This document shows positions 20,996 through 30,509 of a DNA stretch of 64,000 nt, piece by piece (position 1 is the stretch's first letter; each line of letters begins with the position of its first letter). The position numbers and the translations under genes are program-made. The stretch is from Candidatus Gottesmanbacteria bacterium. Lineage in GTDB: Bacteria > Patescibacteriota > Microgenomatia > UBA10105 > UBA927. Location of the stretch: contig CAVQFA010000003.1 of the NCBI GenBank assembly GCA_963711735.1, forward strand, positions 284,367-348,366. Direction: 5' to 3'. The notes beneath the pieces were generated by a model, which saw nothing but the letters and a program-made list of their open reading frames with translations, searched no databases and had not been told where the DNA came from.

Positions 20996-23260
20996 TTACC
21001 GTATGATTACGGGTTTTTTGGCATCATGATTACAATCTAAACACCACATGGATAACTCATCGCGAAGTACATCATGATCCTGAATTTCAACATTTTCAGG
21101 AGCTGTTGTCTGTGTGGCAAGATCACCGGTTGTTTTATCTATAGGGACACTCATACGTAACTGTTCACGGGCTGTGGGAACTGTGCCTTTTATGAAGTAC
21201 TCATACCGTGTTGAACATCCCTTATCTCCTTCGCTATTAGGAGGAAGCAAACCGGTCGTGGTGCACACTTCGGCACCGACAATACCTTCGGGTTGTTTTG
21301 GCCAGATATCAGGTTGATTTTCAAGTACCCGCTTCATGAGCTTATTCCATATCGGAGCTGCTCCCGTTACTCCGGAAACAAGCGCCTGGTTCATGCGGGT
21401 GTTATTGTTGTTGCCTACCCAAACTGCGATGAGAAATTGCGGTGTATACCCGATCGTCCAATTATCCCGGTGTTCATCCGTTGTTCCGGTTTTAACCGAT
21501 ACCGCGTGTCCCGGGATAACAAGCGCTGAGTTTGTCCCGAACATGGCAGCGCGGGCGTTGTTATCCAGAAGTATGTGTGAAATGAGATACGCGGTTTCCG
21601 CGGAAAGAACCCTCGGTCCGGAGATAAGAATCTGTGAAGGTACGGACTTTTTCAGATTAGGATCTTTCTGTTCAAAGAGTATCTTTCCCTGGTTGTCCGT
21701 TACCTTTGTGATAGCTATCAGGTCTTTCCGTACTCCTGAATTGGCAAATACGGAAAATGCTGTTGCCATATCCGTCATCCTTACCTCTCCGCCGCCGAGA
21801 GTCAGAGAGAGTCCGTAGTTTTTGGGATCTTTGATAGTAGAAAGTCCGAACGCACTTGCCGATGCGACAAACCCTTCGACAGAATTTATCTTTAACATTT
21901 TTACCGCCGGAATGTTAAAAGAATTACCGAGTGCAAACCGAAGCTGCTGGGGTCCGTGAAATTGGAAATCATAGTTGTTCGGACAGTAGAGGGGTTGGTT
22001 GATGGATGCAAAACATGTCGGTACGTCCAGAAACATTGTTGCGGGTGTAACCCTTTTTTGCTCAATACCGATGCCGTAATTTATGGGTTTTATGGAAGAA
22101 CCGGGTTGCCTGAGAGCTGTGGTGACATTGAAACTGCCGGAGGGTGTGGCGAAATAATCCACACTTCCGACCATGGCGAGTATTTCACCAGTTGCCGGTT
22201 TGGTTATAAGTGCAGCGCCGTTTGATACGTCATAATGCTCTAAATCTTTAATTTCCGCCGCCACTGTTGCCTGTGCATAATCCTGGAGTGTAATATCCAG
22301 AGTTGTTGTGACATTGAGTCCGCCGCGTGCCACGAGTGTCTCGCCGAACTCTTCAACAAGTTTTTCTTTTACGTACATGATAAAATGCGGTGCCCTTATG
22401 TTTGTCTGTTTGGCATATACGAGTGCTTCCTTTTTTGCCTTTTCAGCTTCAGCTTGTGTTATATATCCGTCCTCGACCATACGACGTAAAACTTCCACTT
22501 GACGGTTTTTTGCCAATTCCGGATGGGCACCGAACGGGGAGTAATAAGTAGGAGCCTGAGGAAGACCGGCAAGAAGAGATGCTTCAGCAAGTGTCAGATC
22601 TTTAGCACGCTTGGCGAAATACTTTTCCGCTGCTGTTTCTATACCCCACGCAGTGCCGCCGTACGGAACCTGGTTGAGGTATAACTCAAGTATTTTATCC
22701 TTGGGATAGAGAAGTTCCACCCAAAAAGAAAGGACAATTTCACGGATTTTACGGACGACACTCCTTTGCGGTGTAAGGAGTGCGGTTTTTACTAACTGCT
22801 GTGTGATAGTTGACCCTCCCTGCAGACGTTTTCCCGTGATGGTTGCAACAACCGCCCGGAGCATTCCTCCGATAGGACTTACACCACCGTGCTTATAAAA
22901 ATTTTTATCTTCTATGGATATGGTAGCTTCGCGGACATAAAGCGGAATTTCTGAAAGCGTAACGGCTGTTCTGTTTTCCTCTACAAATATATCGTGGAGA
23001 AGTATACCGTTTCTGTCATATATTTTTGTAGCAAGAGGAACAGAATATGTTTCAAGTCCTTTTGGTGAAGGAAGGTCTTTGAAAATGAGAAGATATGACC
23101 CTATGATAAGTGACAGAGGCAGAAGCCAAAATGCCCATTTGATACGTTGACCGTGTACCCGGGGAATTGGTAACGCAAAACGGGAAACGAAGGATTTGAC
23201 ACCCTTCAGGGAGATTTTATGAAATCCTTTTTCAATCCTTTGTCGAAATGTAGACGTCAT
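20996..23260 (-). CDS. class A penicillin-binding protein (paralog)
   Basis: IEDKNFYKHGG, RQPGSSIKP and KTGTT are present, and the protein is collinear with the upstream PBP. Confidence 0.9.
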   Translation of the reverse strand: MTSTFRQRIEKGFHKISLKGVKSFVSRFALPIPRVHGQRIKWAFWLLPLSLIIGSYLLIFKDLPSPKGLETYSVPLATKIYDRNGILLHDIFVEENRTAVTLSEIPLYVREATISIEDKNFYKHGGVSPIGGMLRAVVATITGKRLQGGSTITQQLVKTALLTPQRSVVRKIREIVLSFWVELLYPKDKILELYLNQVPYGGTAWGIETAAEKYFAKRAKDLTLAEASLLAGLPQAPTYYSPFGAHPELAKNRQVEVLRRMVEDGYITQAEAEKAKKEALVYAKQTNIRAPHFIMYVKEKLVEEFGETLVARGGLNVTTTLDITLQDYAQATVAAEIKDLEHYDVSNGAALITKPATGEILAMVGSVDYFATPSGSFNVTTALRQPGSSIKPINYGIGIEQKRVTPATMFLDVPTCFASINQPLYCPNNYDFQFHGPQQLRFALGNSFNIPAVKMLKINSVEGFVASASAFGLSTIKDPKNYGLSLTLGGGEVRMTDMATAFSVFANSGVRKDLIAITKVTDNQGKILFEQKDPNLKKSVPSQILISGPRVLSAETAYLISHILLDNNARAAMFGTNSALVIPGHAVSVKTGTTDEHRDNWTIGYTPQFLIAVWVGNNNNTRMNQALVSGVTGAAPIWNKLMKRVLENQPDIWPKQPEGIVGAEVCTTTGLLPPNSEGDKGCSTRYEYFIKGTVPTAREQLRMSVPIDKTTGDLATQTTAPENVEIQDHDVLRDELSMWCLDCNHDAKKPVIIR

Positions 23261-23390
23261 GGGTACATTATATATACTGAAAAATCTATAGTTTGTAAAT
23301 GTTTTTCCAAAATATACTATTCTGCTAACCTTTTTCAGCTGTCCGCAATCGGAAGCAAATTTCTACCCGGAGTAAGAATGGTATAATAGT

Positions 23391-24179
23391 TTGACGTATT
23401 TTAACAGTATTTCGGATGTTTCGCACATATCACTTTCTGGGTTTACAGGTACCGGTATGAAACAACTCGATCCTATTTTCCTTCGGTCAAGAACTCTTAT
23501 TCCCCACCTGTCCGAGGTGCATGCTCAAACAATGGGAAATGCGAAACGGCAGGAAGATACGATAGGAAATTACCTGGATGAGTTTTATGTTCTTGCAGAC
23601 GGAGCGGGAGAAACGCCTCATGGGGATATGTCCAGCAAACTTGCGGTAGAAACCGCAATATGGGGGTATAAACTGATAAGACAAAGACGGTATTATTGGA
23701 CGGAAAAAGACAGGTTAGTGTACAGAATTTTCCGGTCGGTAAACATATGTCTTTGGCAAAAAAGGAGAGAAGATACCTTTACGGAAGGACTGGCAACGAC
23801 GTTGGCATGTGCGATTCTCGGAAATAATAAAATTTGGATAGGGTCATCCGGTGACAGCAGAATATTTCTTATCCGTAACGGAGAAATTCTCGTTAAAACT
23901 GAAATTGACAGAGACCAAAACGGACGCTGCAACCACATGCTCGGAGTTGACCGTTACGGTATCATGCCGCATATATATGTTATTCCGTATCACCGCGGAG
24001 ATACGGTTGTATTCACATCAGATGGAGTGACGGATTATATTTCCGACAGTGAAATACAAGTGCATGTAACGGAACATATCAATGACCTGAAGATTTGTGC
24101 AGACTATTTCATCAAAGAAGCGGGAAAAAGAGGTTCAAAACAGAATGCAACCGCACTCATTGTTCACAGAATGACATAA
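23391..24179 (+). CDS. PP2C-family Ser/Thr protein phosphatase
   Basis: Metal-binding motifs RQEDT, LADGAGE, GDSR and TSDGV are present. Confidence 0.7.
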   Translation: MTYFNSISDVSHISLSGFTGTGMKQLDPIFLRSRTLIPHLSEVHAQTMGNAKRQEDTIGNYLDEFYVLADGAGETPHGDMSSKLAVETAIWGYKLIRQRRYYWTEKDRLVYRIFRSVNICLWQKRREDTFTEGLATTLACAILGNNKIWIGSSGDSRIFLIRNGEILVKTEIDRDQNGRCNHMLGVDRYGIMPHIYVIPYHRGDTVVFTSDGVTDYISDSEIQVHVTEHINDLKICADYFIKEAGKRGSKQNATALIVHRMT

Positions 24180-24225
24180 ATCTACATCTTGTTAAAACTG
24201 TGAAGTATGTACATAATATAAGCAT

Positions 24226-25710
24226 ATGACTGCCCAGTTATTTGAATCAATTTATAACAACGATACACCTCCTACGTATAAGTATTTCAACGGATCCGCA
24301 TGGGTAGACAGTACAAGCGGACAAACCAGAGACGTTCAATCACCCGTTGACAACACGATCATCGGAAAGTTGTCTGTTGTATCCAAAGAAGAAATCGACA
24401 AAGCACTCGAGAAGGCAAGGGATGCACAGGGCAAATGGGAAAATGTACCTTTAAATCAGCGGATAAAAATAAATCATTTAGCTGCAGATTACATCCGTCT
24501 TCACCAGGAATATCTGACGTCACTTCTCGTTTCGGAAGTCGGTAAATCGGTTGATGAAGCAAAAAGCGAAATCGCACGGACTGCTGACCTTATAGATTAT
24601 TACGCTGATGAAGCACAATCCATCAGAGGTGAAACGCTTGACAGTGACAATTTTCCCGGATTTGATAAGGGAAGAATTGCAGTTATAGAACGTGTTGCAC
24701 ACGGAACGGTTCTTGCTATAGCACCGTTTAATTATCCGGTAAATCTTTCTGCATCAAAAATTGCACCGGCACTTCTTATGGGCAACGCGGTTGTCTTTAA
24801 ACCACCGACACAGGGCGGAATAAGTGCTTTACATCTGGCGCAGATGTATATCGCAGCCGGAGTACCTGAAGGAATCTTAACAGTGCTAACCGGAAGCGGA
24901 GCAGATATAGGAGATTATCTTGTTAGCCATCCGCTTGTTTCCATGGTGGCTTTCACAGGATCAAGCATTACCGGTGAGGCTATAGCAGGAAAAGCGGCAA
25001 TGAAACCACTCCTTTTTGAATGCGGCGGCAATAACCCCGCAGTCATATTACCGGATGCGGATATGAAGCTGACGGCGAAAGAAATTGTCAAAGGTGCATT
25101 TGCGTTTGCAGGACAGCGATGTACGACTATAAAATATGTTTTAGCTACACCCGGAGTCCTTGAAACATTTAAACCGATTCTTCTGTCTACTATGACGGAG
25201 CTTATCCATATGGGGGATCCCAGAAGTCCGCACACCAAATTGGTCGGACCTGTCATCACTGAAGAAGTCGCAGGGAAAATCCAGGAGGTTATCGATGAGG
25301 CGGTACGGGAAGGCGCAAAAATACTCACGGGAGGAAAAAGAAACGGTGCATATGTGGATCCGACAGTTTTGGAAAATGCAACACCGTCTATGCGCATCGT
25401 ACGTCAGGAGATATTCGGACCTGTGTTGTCACTCATTGCGGTATCAGGCATGGAGGAAGTGACCAAGATAATCAATAATTCACACTATGGATTGCAGGCG
25501 TGTGTATTTACCTCCGACGAAGGATCAGGACTTATTGCAGCAGGGCCTCTTCATGTCGGCACTGTTCAGATTAATGGTTCTCCGCAGCGCGGACCTGATC
25601 ATTTCCCGTTTTTGGGTATAAAAGGATCGGGAGTCGGGGTTCAGGGGGTCAGATATTCACTGGAAGCAATGAGCCGTTTGAAACCTGTCGTCATTAACAA
25701 ACCCCAGTAA
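24226..25710 (+). CDS. NAD(P)-dependent aldehyde dehydrogenase (GapN-like non-phosphorylating type)
   Basis: Catalytic Glu motif LFECGGNNP and catalytic Cys in FAGQRCTT are present. Confidence 0.85.
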   Translation: MTAQLFESIYNNDTPPTYKYFNGSAWVDSTSGQTRDVQSPVDNTIIGKLSVVSKEEIDKALEKARDAQGKWENVPLNQRIKINHLAADYIRLHQEYLTSLLVSEVGKSVDEAKSEIARTADLIDYYADEAQSIRGETLDSDNFPGFDKGRIAVIERVAHGTVLAIAPFNYPVNLSASKIAPALLMGNAVVFKPPTQGGISALHLAQMYIAAGVPEGILTVLTGSGADIGDYLVSHPLVSMVAFTGSSITGEAIAGKAAMKPLLFECGGNNPAVILPDADMKLTAKEIVKGAFAFAGQRCTTIKYVLATPGVLETFKPILLSTMTELIHMGDPRSPHTKLVGPVITEEVAGKIQEVIDEAVREGAKILTGGKRNGAYVDPTVLENATPSMRIVRQEIFGPVLSLIAVSGMEEVTKIINNSHYGLQACVFTSDEGSGLIAAGPLHVGTVQINGSPQRGPDHFPFLGIKGSGVGVQGVRYSLEAMSRLKPVVINKPQ

Positions 25711-25762
25711 AATAAATATCTATTTGCTCCTGTTTTACGGGATGTGATATGATCCATTCAGC

Positions 25763-26686
25763 ATGAGACGAAAGCTTGTTTTTCTGGTAATAATCGTAAT
25801 TTTTATCGTTGCCGGATTTTTTCTTTATCGGCTTATCCGCGGAACACCAGCCCGACTCGGAGTTCTCAAAGTTACCACTTCGCCCTCAACCACGATTTTT
25901 TTGGATAACCGTCATTTAGGACGGGTACCGTATGAAGACAAAGTACCGGAAGGAGAGTACACGGTTAAGTTGGTTCCTGAAACCGCAACAGAACCGGTTA
26001 TTTCCTGGCAGGGTAAGATAAAAATAGTCAGGAATCTGCTTACCTATATTAATGCGGACCTGGCTGATTCAGAATTTTCGTCATCAGTCGATATCCTGTG
26101 GCTTGAAAAAATCCCGTCCAAATCATCGGAGTTATCAGTAATAACAAATCCGGACGGGGCGACGGTATCCCTTGACGGGGATGTAAAAGGAGCAAGTCCT
26201 ATTGTTGTTGCGGACGTTGTACCCGGCGATCATACAGTGACAATCGTATCTCCCGGATTTCTTCCGAGAACCCTGAAAATCAAAACGACAAGCGGGTATA
26301 AATTACTGGCAAATATTAAACTCGCTCTTGCACCGGGCGGTACACAGATATCACCGACGCAAAGTGTAGCTTCACAATCAGCAACACCAACGGTTAAACC
26401 CGGTGCCCGCGTGAGTCCCCAGACGAGCCCCTCACCGACAGCTTCTGTTTCATCAACACCCAAGACTACAGCGGATCCTCCCAAACCGTTTGCACTCATA
26501 AAAGACACACCCACAGGATTTTTACGCGTACGGATGGAGCCAACTACTGCTGCCACGGAAGCCGCGAAGGTATATCCCGGTGATAAATTTACCATATTTG
26601 ATACAAAAAGCGGGTGGTATCAAATTGAATATGACGGTACGAATAAAGGGTGGATTTCCTCACAGTACGCTACGAAGGTTGAATAA
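25763..26686 (+). CDS. PEGA-domain protein with C-terminal SH3b domain
   Basis: TM anchor, two PEGA-like repeats (…PEGEYTVKL…, …PGDHTVTI…) and a C-terminal SH3b-like segment GDKFTIFDTKSGWYQIEYDG. Confidence 0.55.
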   Translation: MRRKLVFLVIIVIFIVAGFFLYRLIRGTPARLGVLKVTTSPSTTIFLDNRHLGRVPYEDKVPEGEYTVKLVPETATEPVISWQGKIKIVRNLLTYINADLADSEFSSSVDILWLEKIPSKSSELSVITNPDGATVSLDGDVKGASPIVVADVVPGDHTVTIVSPGFLPRTLKIKTTSGYKLLANIKLALAPGGTQISPTQSVASQSATPTVKPGARVSPQTSPSPTASVSSTPKTTADPPKPFALIKDTPTGFLRVRMEPTTAATEAAKVYPGDKFTIFDTKSGWYQIEYDGTNKGWISSQYATKVE

Positions 26687-26690
26687 TTCT

Positions 26691-27629
26691 TCATCCGCCT
26701 ATTCCTAAAATTACCAGAAGGACACTTGCTCCCCATAACATGACGGTGAGTATAAGAGGTGAATCGCTAGTCAGTACTTTTTCAGGAGATTCACCCTTTC
26801 CTTCATAAATAAGCTGCATATACCGCATAATTCCATACAGGACAAACGGTATAGTGATCATCATCCATTTTCTGTTGGTAAAATCATCAACAAATCCCGT
26901 GTATCCGCGAAACAGCATTCCTTCGCGGACAGGATGTTCCAGAAAGGTATAAAACGCATACGCGATAAATGTGGAATTTGCAAACATCGCCGTATAGGTA
27001 TCGAGAAGCTTTTCCGAGTAATGAGACAGAGTTTCGCGTGTCTGGCTCGGAAGGATACCTTTATATCCCTGAATAAGTGTAAGCTCTGACCGGCGTTTTC
27101 CGATTGCCAGAAACAATGAGAGAGAAAGTGCGGCAAGTGCGAGCCATACGGAAATATGTAAACCGGTTATAGCTTCTCCCGCGTATACTCTGATGATATA
27201 TCCGCCGGTGATTGCAAGAATATCAATAACACTGGTTTTTTTCAGAAGGAGTGAATACGTGTATTGGAGAACAACAAAACAGATTGACAGGAAAAAAAAT
27301 GATACGGATAACGTGTAACTTAATACCAGGCCTGCGACCATAAAAAGGAGTGATGCAAAGAGTGCAATCGGTATAGGAAGGGATCCGCTTGCGACAGGCC
27401 TAAAACGTTTAAAAGGATGTTTTCTGTCAGACGGAGCATCAAGAACATCATTGATAAGATAATTAGATGAAGCGAGGAAACAAAATACGATAAATCCGAC
27501 AGCGGTCGGCAAAAAATGTTCGGGTGAAAAGATCGTTCCTGTAAACAGGAGTGTAGAAAAAATCGCTACATTTTTCAGCCATTGTCTTGGTCTCGCGGTT
27601 TTGAAAATTGCGTAAAGAATTTTACCCAT
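26691..27629 (-). CDS. UbiA-family prenyltransferase, decaprenyl-phosphate phosphoribosyltransferase (DPPR synthase)-like
   Basis: ARPRQWLKN opening and NDVLDAPSDRKHPFKRFRPVASG (NDxxDxxxD...KRxRPxAxG). Confidence 0.7.
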   Translation of the reverse strand: MGKILYAIFKTARPRQWLKNVAIFSTLLFTGTIFSPEHFLPTAVGFIVFCFLASSNYLINDVLDAPSDRKHPFKRFRPVASGSLPIPIALFASLLFMVAGLVLSYTLSVSFFFLSICFVVLQYTYSLLLKKTSVIDILAITGGYIIRVYAGEAITGLHISVWLALAALSLSLFLAIGKRRSELTLIQGYKGILPSQTRETLSHYSEKLLDTYTAMFANSTFIAYAFYTFLEHPVREGMLFRGYTGFVDDFTNRKWMMITIPFVLYGIMRYMQLIYEGKGESPEKVLTSDSPLILTVMLWGASVLLVILGIGG

Positions 27630-28657
27630 ACAACAAATCCTCCAAATGCCACTGCTACCAATAATAATGCAAACACTTTCTGTTGGCTAGTGACCGTTAG
27701 GGCAATAATACCGAGAACGAGTGTAATGAACCAGTAAAAAACAGCAATTCTCCGTTTTCCCCACCCGATATCCAGAAGCATATGATGCAGGTGTCCGCGG
27801 TCAGCCTGTACCGGTGACTTGCCTTTTTGTACGCGTCTAAGAAGCGTATATACGGCATCGATCATCGGTATGCCTAAAACCAGCAGTGCCGTACCGACTT
27901 TAGCTGAGGATAAAATCCCGAGAACCGCAAGCATCAGACCGGCGAGTGTTTTTCCGCCGTATCCGGGCATAATTTTCTGCGGGAAAAAATTCCAGACAAG
28001 AAATCCCGCAAATGCGCCGGATACGATAAACGCGAGAACCGCGGTGTTTGCTACACTTGGATCCGTCGGGACAAACCGAAGTGATAAAAGTCCAAGCACA
28101 GCAGCAGCAATGGCTACAAAACCGGGCATCTGTCCGTCGACACCTGCTGACCAACCTATGATATTGATGGTCCATAATATCCAAATGAATGCAGCAATGT
28201 TTGAAAATACAATCAGTGAGTATGGGAGTATTTCTGCAAACGGAAGATGATACATATCAAGTCTGAGTACTCCGCCTGTGAGGGGATTTGTAATATACGG
28301 AATATTGACACCGGCATAAATGATACAACCGGCAGCAATAGCGTTTGTTGCCAGACGGATATACGGGCTCACGTCCCGTTTATCATCAAAAAGACCGACA
28401 ATGACAAGGAGGAGTCCGGCGCCGAGAATAATACATAATTTAGCAGAAATTCCGAGGAACGTATACGAAATAATACCTATTCCGATAATAAGAGCGAGTC
28501 CTCCAGCGCGGGCGATAATCCCGGTATGCGTGTGTGCAGGGTGATATCTTTTATGAGGATCATCAACGAGGCCGTATATAAAAGCTATTTTAATAACCAG
28601 AGGCGTAACAACACAGGTAAGAATAAATGATGATACGAATGCTAAAGCAATTATCAT
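27575..28657 (-). CDS. glycosyltransferase family 4 polyprenyl-phosphate sugar-1-phosphate transferase (WecA/MraY-like)
   Basis: LVDDPHKRYHPAHTHTG plus the DD/D motifs and a 10-11 TM topology. Overlaps the downstream UbiA-like gene by 55 nt. Confidence 0.8.
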   Translation of the reverse strand: MIIALAFVSSFILTCVVTPLVIKIAFIYGLVDDPHKRYHPAHTHTGIIARAGGLALIIGIGIISYTFLGISAKLCIILGAGLLLVIVGLFDDKRDVSPYIRLATNAIAAGCIIYAGVNIPYITNPLTGGVLRLDMYHLPFAEILPYSLIVFSNIAAFIWILWTINIIGWSAGVDGQMPGFVAIAAAVLGLLSLRFVPTDPSVANTAVLAFIVSGAFAGFLVWNFFPQKIMPGYGGKTLAGLMLAVLGILSSAKVGTALLVLGIPMIDAVYTLLRRVQKGKSPVQADRGHLHHMLLDIGWGKRRIAVFYWFITLVLGIIALTVTSQQKVFALLLVAVAFGGFVVWVKFFTQFSKPRDQDNG

Positions 28658-28660
28658 ACA

Positions 28661-29050
28661 TTATGTTATAAGCGTTATGATTTTCGCGACAATAATGAGC
28701 GAGAGTGTAGAGGTAAAAGCGGAAACGAGAAATGCTGTTTGCATAAAAACGCGGTAACGGGGCTCCCATTTCATACCAATTGCCGTATAGAATATATGCC
28801 AGATAATATTTACCGCAGGTAACAGAAAAAGATATCCGGGTGATGCGAGCCGTTCCGTTCCCCATGGTTTGATATACCAGAAGGGTACAGCCGGAGGAAG
28901 ATTCCGCCAATACAACGCAATAAGAAGAAGAGAAGCGAGCGTCGTGATTGCCACACACGATGTGGCTACGGAAAATATCCAATTATGTGAAAGGGTCTGA
29001 ATGTTAAAACGGAGTATCCTCCAAACATTCGGAACGTCGTTGGTGAGCAT
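28661..29050 (-). CDS. small 3-4 TM membrane protein
   Basis: Hydrophobic profile; packed tightly between the GT4 and GT-C genes. Confidence 0.35.
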   Translation of the reverse strand: MLTNDVPNVWRILRFNIQTLSHNWIFSVATSCVAITTLASLLLIALYWRNLPPAVPFWYIKPWGTERLASPGYLFLLPAVNIIWHIFYTAIGMKWEPRYRVFMQTAFLVSAFTSTLSLIIVAKIITLIT

Positions 29051-29051
29051 A

Positions 29052-30422
29052 TTAGTTTTTTTTCACGGACACGTTTACGGTACTCCCGGTATTGAGGTAT
29101 GTTTTATACCGGATAGTAATTTGTCCTTTTGAGTCTACAATTATTGCACGGGATGGGTATGTCGGTATGTCATACGCAAAATATTTAGCGGAAAAAACCG
29201 CATCTCCTATGTACCATGGGAATTGAGCGCCTGTCGGATTATAGAGGTATACACCGTTTTTATTCTTGGCATAATAGAGTGTTTCAAAAAAATGCAGGGA
29301 ATTGGAAGCATAGATAACGTCGTGACTCTGCCTCATACCGTTTGCTTCCTGGATAACGTCTCTCCACGGGAATTTTGCATGCTTAGGAGGATACCAGATA
29401 TTGAAAGCGATGCATGATAGGATGAAAATAGCTGCAACAGAGAGTTGTATACGGGTATTGCGAATTGTTGATAATGCATACGCAATCAGAAATACTTCCG
29501 ATATCGTAACAAAAATAAGATATCTGTTTACAAACATGGGTTTAAATAATGAAATTCCGATAATGATACTTAACGGAATGAAAACATTAAGAAGGAAATA
29601 TCCCACTATATGCCTGTTTGATTTACGTATCCATGCAACAGCAAATACTATAAGTAAAAATAATGACAGATATGCGGTATACATCCAGCCATACCAGGGA
29701 GTACCTTCGTAACTGATAAACATATTGCCAAGGACTGATTTAACCAGATGTATATCAACGGGAAAGTACCATGAGTCTTTTAATTTCCCGGACAAAACAA
29801 TAATCCGCATAAGCCACGGAAGCATTCCTACAAACGTAAGTGTCATCGCCCGGACAAATGTATTTGCAGTAAGACGGGATAATTGAGAAAAAGATACTTT
29901 ACGATGTTTTAATACACCCAGGATGAACCAATGGATACTTTGTACAAACGGAATGAAAATAAAAAACGCGTGCGTATAGAATCCGCAAATATTAGCAAAA
30001 ATTAATAAACGGTATCGCCGTGATATATAGCTGTATATGGAGAGGAGTGCAAAAAAGATATACCAACCGTACGTCCGAACCTCAAAGGCATAGTACAGTA
30101 TCATGGGATTGAAGATGTACAGGATAGGAAGAATAACAGATATTGCTGATCGTTTAAACAGTGTTTCTGACCATTTTATAAGAAGAATAGCGGAGAGGAC
30201 TACACCTGTAAGAGACAGGGATCGCGCGGCAATTTCACCGGTACCGAACAATCTGATCCATAAATGGAGAAATATATAGTACAACGGCGGTTCAAATGAC
30301 AACTTCGTGAAGTATTCGATAATCGGACGCTGGGCTACCATGATGGAAAAAACTTCATCACGCCATAAACTTTGGACAAGATACAGAAGTGGTGTGTTGG
30401 ATAAAAGCCAATTGATTAGCAT
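29052..30422 (-). CDS. GT-C fold membrane glycosyltransferase (ArnT/PMT, GT39/GT83-like)
   Basis: N-terminal DE-containing first loop (LWRDEVFS) and a 12-TM profile. Confidence 0.55.
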   Translation of the reverse strand: MLINWLLSNTPLLYLVQSLWRDEVFSIMVAQRPIIEYFTKLSFEPPLYYIFLHLWIRLFGTGEIAARSLSLTGVVLSAILLIKWSETLFKRSAISVILPILYIFNPMILYYAFEVRTYGWYIFFALLSIYSYISRRYRLLIFANICGFYTHAFFIFIPFVQSIHWFILGVLKHRKVSFSQLSRLTANTFVRAMTLTFVGMLPWLMRIIVLSGKLKDSWYFPVDIHLVKSVLGNMFISYEGTPWYGWMYTAYLSLFLLIVFAVAWIRKSNRHIVGYFLLNVFIPLSIIIGISLFKPMFVNRYLIFVTISEVFLIAYALSTIRNTRIQLSVAAIFILSCIAFNIWYPPKHAKFPWRDVIQEANGMRQSHDVIYASNSLHFFETLYYAKNKNGVYLYNPTGAQFPWYIGDAVFSAKYFAYDIPTYPSRAIIVDSKGQITIRYKTYLNTGSTVNVSVKKN

Positions 30423-30509
30423 ACGTATGAACCAAATACCGTTAAGAAACGATAATCACCGGACGCACGGTATTGTATCATCTATAAGACTATGAACCGT
30501 ATATGTGTA

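Noticed and set aside
18502-21818. Plus-strand ORFs 18502-18846, 18850-19071, 19254-19631 and 21336-21818 that share similar peptides
   Set aside because: They lie antisense within the two paralogous PBP genes. Their mutual similarity simply reflects DNA-level similarity of the PBP duplicates.
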